A stretch of 64,000 nucleotides of DNA, taken from Vulcanimicrobiota bacterium (GTDB taxonomy: Bacteria > Vulcanimicrobiota > Vulcanimicrobiia > Vulcanimicrobiales > Vulcanimicrobiaceae). The stretch lies in the NCBI GenBank assembly GCA_963777315.1, contig CAVZQC010000001.1, positions 64,001-128,000 on the forward strand. Direction: 5' to 3'. Position numbers and translations under genes: made by a program. Each line of letters opens with the position of its first letter. The stretch's first letter is position 1. Shown in pieces: positions 58,938 through 64,000 of the stretch. The notes below the pieces were generated by a model that did no database searches, had not been told where the DNA came from, and saw nothing but the letters and a program-made list of their open reading frames with translations.

Positions 58938-59485
58938 CCCCATTGTGCGATGGTCAGTACGTCGGCTTGGCGCGGGAAGATTTTTTCCAGCAAAACGCGC
59001 TGCACTTCTTCGTCTGCATCCGCGCAGCAATCCGACAGCACGGTCAGCGCATAATCGCGATCCGCGGCTTCGCGCAGCGTCGACAGCACGACTCCGCTGG
59101 TGGCGATCCCGGTCAGGACCAGCGACTCGATCTGCCGTGCTCGCAAAACGACCTCCAAATCGCTTCCGGTAAAGGCCGAGATGCGGCGCTTGACGACGAG
59201 TACGTCGCCTTCCTGTGGGGCGATCGCCGGGTGCACGAGCGCCGCATCCGGATCGGAAAACATCGATCCTCGGGCGGCCATCCCCGCGAAGATCTTATTT
59301 CGAGCGCTGATCTCCGGAAAGCCCGGGCGAAACTGCACCACGACGTAGACGACGAGCAGACCGCCGCTTCGCGCGATCGCGATCGCCTGCGAAATGCGAT
59401 CGAGCAGGCCGCGATTGCCGGCATGGCGCTCCACAATGCCGCGCTGGACGTCCATGATCAGCAGCGCGGTATTCGATCGTTGCAT
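58934..59485 (-). CDS. Isochorismatase-family hydrolase
   Basis: [37 protein letters not shown] and SDCCAD. Confidence 0.88.
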   Translation of the reverse strand: MQRSNTALLIMDVQRGIVERHAGNRGLLDRISQAIAIARSGGLLVVYVVVQFRPGFPEISARNKIFAGMAARGSMFSDPDAALVHPAIAPQEGDVLVVKRRISAFTGSDLEVVLRARQIESLVLTGIATSGVVLSTLREAADRDYALTVLSDCCADADEEVQRVLLEKIFPRQADVLTIAQWG

Positions 59486-59592
59486 CACGGCTTCTCCATC
59501 AAGAGGGCTGGAGTTAGTCATCACCTATCGGCCGGTTGCCTGTTCCATGCGTGTGACATAATCGTTACATTCACGATGGAGGACGCAATGTG

Positions 59593-62307
59593 ATGCGAAC
59601 GCCGCACATTGCCGCGCCGGCCGGAACGGTGACGTTTCTGTTTACCGACATCGAGGCCTCGAGCCGGCATTGGGATACCGATCATGACGGCATGTCCAAC
59701 GCGCTTCGCCGCCACGACTCCATCGTGCGTGAAGCGCTCAGAGCGCACGGCGGGTATGTGTTTAAAACCGTCGGTGATGCCTTTTGCGCGGCGTTTAAAA
59801 GCGCACCGGACGCAATTGCGGCAGCACTGGACGCCCAGCGCGCCTTAGCAGCGCAGGATTTTGACGACATTGGCGGTCTGCGCGTGCGAATGGCGCTGCA
59901 CAGCGGCGACTGCGAGCACCGCAACGGCGACTACTTCGGCCCCGCGCTCAACCGGACGTCGCGGCTCATGGACATCGCGCACGGCGGCCAAATCGTGCTT
60001 TCGCGCACGACCGCCGATCTCATCGGCGACCGTTTACCACCCGGAACGGCCCTGGCCGACCTGGGCACGCATCGCCTCAAAGACCTGGCTCAGCCCGAAC
60101 ACGTCCAGCAATTGATCTCGCCGGACTTGCGTTCGCAGTTTCCCGCGCTTCGTTCGCTGCAAACGCATCCCAACAATCTCCCTTTTCAACTCACCAGCTT
60201 CATCGGGCGCCAAAACGAAATCGCGCAAGTTCTTTCTCTGCTCGAGGAACGCCGGCTCGTCACGCTCATCGGTTCGGGCGGAGTCGGCAAGACGCGATTG
60301 GCGCTTCACGTCGGAGCAGAGGTGCTGGGCAAGTTTGCAGACGGCGTTTCATTCGTCGATCTCGCTCCGGTGCGCGATCCGCAGTTCGTTCCGTCCGCCG
60401 TCGCAAAGAGTTTGGGCCTGGTGGAGATGGCCGACGTGTCGGTCACGGAGCTGGTTGCCGGATATTTGCGCGAACGCTGCGTGCTTTTGATCCTCGACAA
60501 CTGCGAGCATCTCATCGGAGCCGCAGCCGTCTTGGTGAACGAACTCCTGCGTCGCTGCAAAGACGTGCGGGTTCTGGCAACCTCCCGCGAACCGCTCAAT
60601 ATACCCGGCGAACATTCGCTGCGCGTAGCGTCGCTCCCCGAAGGCGACGCCGTTGCTCTCTTCATCGACCGTGCCACGTCGGTAAATCCCCAGTTCGAGA
60701 CCACTGCAGAAAGCTGCGCCCAGATTGCCGATTTATGCCGGCGCTTGGACGGTATTGCACTGGCAATTGAACTTGCGGCCGCGCGCGCTAAGGTGCTGTC
60801 GGTGGAGCACCTCAACCAAAAGCTGAACGATCGCTTTCGCATTCTCACCATCGGCAGCCGCACGGCGCTGCCGCGGCACCAAACGATGCGCGCACTCATC
60901 GATTGGAGTTACGATCTGCTTGCGCCTACCGAACAAACGTTGTTCCGCCGGTTTTCGGTCTTTGCCAATGGATGGACGTTGCCGCAAGCATGCGCGGTCT
61001 GCGGGTTCGACTTGGAGGAGTGGGACGTCGTCGACGGGCTCGCTTCGCTGGTCGATAAATCCCTGGTCGTTGCCGAAGTTGCCGCGTCAACCGAGCGCTT
61101 CAAGCTGTACGAATCGACGCGCCGCTATGCTCTGGAACGTTTGAACGATAGCGGCGAGCGGGAAACGCTCGAACGCGCGCATGCCGCGGAGTTTGCCGCA
61201 GTGGCCAAACGCAGCGACGAGATCTGGGAAGACACGCCCACTGCCGCGTGGCTCGATCAGCTCCTCCCGGAGGAGGACAATTTCCGCGCCGCACTCCACT
61301 GGACGCTCGAGCAGAAACGGGATGCGGAGCTGGGCGTGCGGCTCGTTTGCTACCTTCCCAGATTTTGGTGGACCGGCGGACGCCAGATCGAGGGAATCCG
61401 CTGGTACGATGCAGCGCTTATAACGGCACAAGTGCGCGAAGCCGACGTTCCCACGATGGCGCGCCTACGTTACGGGCTTGCGGTGATGTATTCGACGACG
61501 CTGATGCGGCGCGACGCGCGTGAAAATGCCGAGCTCGCAGTGACGCTATCCCGAGACAGCGGCGATGCGCTGCTGCTGGGATGGAGCGTGCTGGTGCTGG
61601 GAGTCGCGTGCGCGCTCATGGGCGACCCGCAAGCCGGCCGGAAACATTGCCGGGAAGGCATGGAGATTGCCGGCGGCTTGAACGCCACGCGGCTGATGGC
61701 CTGGCTGAGCTGGGCGCACGCACTCAACGATAGTGTGGCCGGTCAGTTCGACGCTGCGCGGGTCGAGCTGAACGAGCAGCTCGCGGTGTGCAAACGCCTG
61801 GGCGACGATTTGCTTTTAGGCTTCGCGCTGATTTTTTTGGGCATCGTCGAGCTCGGCACCGGAAACGGCCAGCGTTCGCTGGAGTGCACGCGCGAGGCGC
61901 TGGAACTCTACCGCCAAAAAGGCGACCGCGTGGGGTTGGCGCTGGCCTGGTCGAACATCGCGCCGGCTTATCTGGTTCTCGGGCAGATCGACGACGTACG
62001 GGAAGCGGCCCGCGAGGCGCTGTCCTATGCGCGGGACACGCACAATTCACGCTTAATCGTGATTGCGCTCGAGTATCTGGCAGCCGCCGCACTCCAACGG
62101 CCTACGGCGGCGGCATGCCTGTTGGGATTTTGCGATGCATGGTATGCAACTTCGGCCACGCCGCGCGATCTGACCGAACAGCAAACTCAGCGCCGCACGC
62201 TCGAGGGCTTGCGCGCTGCATTGCCGGGTGCGGAGCTGCAGACTTCACTGGAAGCCGGCGCGAGAATGACGCAAGCGCAGGCCATCGAAACGGCGCTGCA
62301 GAGGTAA
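59593..62307 (+). CDS. Class III adenylate/guanylate cyclase + STAND (NB-ARC-like) NTPase + TPR protein
   Basis: FLFTDIE, FKTVGDAF and GDYFG..LNR..R; Walker A GSGGVGKT, LILDNCEH, ATSRE and LDG..LAIELAA; C-terminal helical repeats. Confidence 0.9.
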   Translation: MRTPHIAAPAGTVTFLFTDIEASSRHWDTDHDGMSNALRRHDSIVREALRAHGGYVFKTVGDAFCAAFKSAPDAIAAALDAQRALAAQDFDDIGGLRVRMALHSGDCEHRNGDYFGPALNRTSRLMDIAHGGQIVLSRTTADLIGDRLPPGTALADLGTHRLKDLAQPEHVQQLISPDLRSQFPALRSLQTHPNNLPFQLTSFIGRQNEIAQVLSLLEERRLVTLIGSGGVGKTRLALHVGAEVLGKFADGVSFVDLAPVRDPQFVPSAVAKSLGLVEMADVSVTELVAGYLRERCVLLILDNCEHLIGAAAVLVNELLRRCKDVRVLATSREPLNIPGEHSLRVASLPEGDAVALFIDRATSVNPQFETTAESCAQIADLCRRLDGIALAIELAAARAKVLSVEHLNQKLNDRFRILTIGSRTALPRHQTMRALIDWSYDLLAPTEQTLFRRFSVFANGWTLPQACAVCGFDLEEWDVVDGLASLVDKSLVVAEVAASTERFKLYESTRRYALERLNDSGERETLERAHAAEFAAVAKRSDEIWEDTPTAAWLDQLLPEEDNFRAALHWTLEQKRDAELGVRLVCYLPRFWWTGGRQIEGIRWYDAALITAQVREADVPTMARLRYGLAVMYSTTLMRRDARENAELAVTLSRDSGDALLLGWSVLVLGVACALMGDPQAGRKHCREGMEIAGGLNATRLMAWLSWAHALNDSVAGQFDAARVELNEQLAVCKRLGDDLLLGFALIFLGIVELGTGNGQRSLECTREALELYRQKGDRVGLALAWSNIAPAYLVLGQIDDVREAAREALSYARDTHNSRLIVIALEYLAAAALQRPTAAACLLGFCDAWYATSATPRDLTEQQTQRRTLEGLRAALPGAELQTSLEAGARMTQAQAIETALQR

Positions 62308-62355
62308 CTTCCATTCGATGTAAGCTTTACGTCCGCATGGTGAGGAGAGCGTGAC

Positions 62356-62652
62356 ATGTTCGGGCATTTCGGACAAATCGAACCGCTGATCGCCGCGGGC
62401 GTTTTTGTGAGCACCGCTTTAACCGACGCAGTATACGTGCTCTTCACCGCATCCGTGGCGGCCCGGCGGCGGGTTTCCGCCGCATCGTGGAGCAGCGTTT
62501 GGTATCTGCTGTCGTCGTTCGCAGTGATCACCTACACGCATGCGTGGGCCTATCTAATCTTCGCCGCCGCCGGTTCGTGGCTAGGCGCCTACGTTTCGAT
62601 GACGTTTCTGCACGGCGCGCGCAACCCATCATCGCCGATCGCACCGACGTAA
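62356..62652 (+). CDS. Small hydrophobic membrane protein (98 aa)
   Basis: GAGGAG RBS; three hydrophobic segments. Confidence 0.7.
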   Translation: MFGHFGQIEPLIAAGVFVSTALTDAVYVLFTASVAARRRVSAASWSSVWYLLSSFAVITYTHAWAYLIFAAAGSWLGAYVSMTFLHGARNPSSPIAPT

Positions 62653-62683
62653 CCTTCAAGGAGCCAAGAGCGGCAGCGTCACT

Positions 62684-64000
62684 TTACTTTGCATTTCGCC
62701 AGGACCACAGCGGAACGACCAAGAGGGGATCCTTGCCCGTGACTGTCGTCGTCCAGACATATTCCGCCGGCAAAGGATTGCAGTCCGAGTACACGCGGTA
62801 CCCATGGGAAGCATTCCATGCGAGCGACGTGTGGCTCGGGCGAACCGGTTTGAAGCCGGTACTTTGCGCGAGCGGATAGGTTTGCGCGCGCGCAACCGCA
62901 AGCACCGCATCGTCAAGCGCTGTGTTTCCGCTCGCGGTTACGAGAGACGCATTCGTCACCGAACCGGCGGAGTTGACCTGTACGCGCACCGATGCGCTCA
63001 AAGTCGAGCGTGCCGGGATAGCTTCCAGTGACGCTGGGAGCGCCGGAACAGCGGAGTGAAGCAGATTCGGCACCTTGCATGCCTTTGGGTGCGCTGCGCT
63101 CCACCCGACGGGATACGCTGGATCGACCGCGGACAGCGTCTGATGCCGAGGCCCACCAGGCTGCCCTACGTAGGCTCCCATTCGCACCGTCGATGATGTG
63201 GCATGGCAATCGCGCAGAGCCGGCTCATAGGTTGCGCCCATGAAGCTGCGCACGATTCCTTCCCGAACTCCCGGATAAGACGGCGCCGACACAATGACGA
63301 CTTTACGCGCGGTTCCCGCGGCATCCACCGTGAGGTCGACGCTCGCAAAGTGTTGCGCGCCGACCCGTCGAGCAAGTTCACCAGGCTTGGCGGGTCCGAC
63401 CCAGAGGCGTTCGACGCTGTTCGTGTGATCGATTTCCATAAGCGACCGAATACTGCGATTGGGCGTAGTACAACCGCTTGCAGCTTGAATGGACTGCGGC
63501 GACGGCGGCGCATAGGCGAGTACCGGCGAAATCGATTGCAGAACAATCCCGGTGAGCGCGAACGTCAGGAGCGCACCGCTAATGGCCGAAGGCGAAAGGC
63601 GAAGACGGCGGGGCCGAGCATCCAGGAGATGCTCGATCCGCGCGACGACGGAGTGACGCGAACCGATCGCGCTCGGAGCGGCGAGTGATGGGCGCGCGCC
63701 GGCGCAGCTCGCCATTGCCGCTAAAGCCCGGGCGAACACGTCGCCGGCGCCGAGTCTGGCGACGACCCAATCATCGCATGCAATCTCGCGTTCCGTCGCA
63801 ACTCGGCGCAGCACCAACCACGCAATCGGATTGAGGGTAACCAGCGCTTCGAGCACGCGCGCAAGTGCATTCGTCCAAACGTCGTTTCGCCGCAGGTGCG
63901 CGGATTCGTGCATAATGATGGCGCTCACCGCGTCATCCGGCTCTTCTTGCACAATCGACGTCGGTAGGACGATTGCCGGCCGAAGAAAGCCGAGCGCAAG
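62684..64000 (-). CDS. BlaR1/M56 family metallopeptidase with C-terminal TonB-C-like domains (5' part off the right edge)
   Basis: GFLRPAIVLP, zinc motif HESAH, NP..W, REIACD, RIE.LL and a TM segment; then two V.V...G.V..A....SG...LD.A-type domains. Confidence 0.85.
   Translation of the reverse strand, partial: LALGFLRPAIVLPTSIVQEEPDDAVSAIIMHESAHLRRNDVWTNALARVLEALVTLNPIAWLVLRRVATEREIACDDWVVARLGAGDVFARALAAMASCAGARPSLAAPSAIGSRHSVVARIEHLLDARPRRLRLSPSAISGALLTFALTGIVLQSISPVLAYAPPSPQSIQAASGCTTPNRSIRSLMEIDHTNSVERLWVGPAKPGELARRVGAQHFASVDLTVDAAGTARKVVIVSAPSYPGVREGIVRSFMGATYEPALRDCHATSSTVRMGAYVGQPGGPRHQTLSAVDPAYPVGWSAAHPKACKVPNLLHSAVPALPASLEAIPARSTLSASVRVQVNSAGSVTNASLVTASGNTALDDAVLAVARAQTYPLAQSTGFKPVRPSHTSLAWNASHGYRVYSDCNPLPAEYVWTTTVTGKDPLLVVPLWSWRNAK

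Overview
GC-rich, gene-dense bacterial chromosomal segment with about 65 CDS. No rRNA, tRNA, CRISPR array or mobile element was recognised. Outer-membrane genes (two TonB-dependent receptors, an LptD/OstA-like protein) occur together with Terrabacteria-type genes (ClpC, GerMN-amidase-murI, SpoIIE/RsbW partner switching, Mn catalase). This suggests a diderm Terrabacteria lineage such as Ca. Eremiobacterota, which is an untested inference. Main blocks: clpC (partial); a propionyl-/methylmalonyl-CoA cluster (carboxyltransferase, fabI, biotin carboxylase-BCCP, mutase large subunit, epimerase); a peptidoglycan-recycling operon (ABC ATPase, nagZ, serine hydrolase, anmK, BadF-type kinase, murQ) followed by DUF4127; a divergent pair of TonB receptors; dxs-secG-oppDF-PilZ-msrB; infA-zinc ribbon-desaturase; a general-stress region; a PNGase A-family lipoprotein; a cyclase-STAND-TPR protein; and a BlaR1/M56-TonB fusion (partial). 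The strongest candidate for a new system is soxR divergent from an SDR and a non-canonical QueA-like gene, with a clear SoxR operator inside a 19-bp-spacer promoter. Three genes carry +1 frameshifts that can each be placed at a Leu codon reading CTCG, most likely a consensus artefact.
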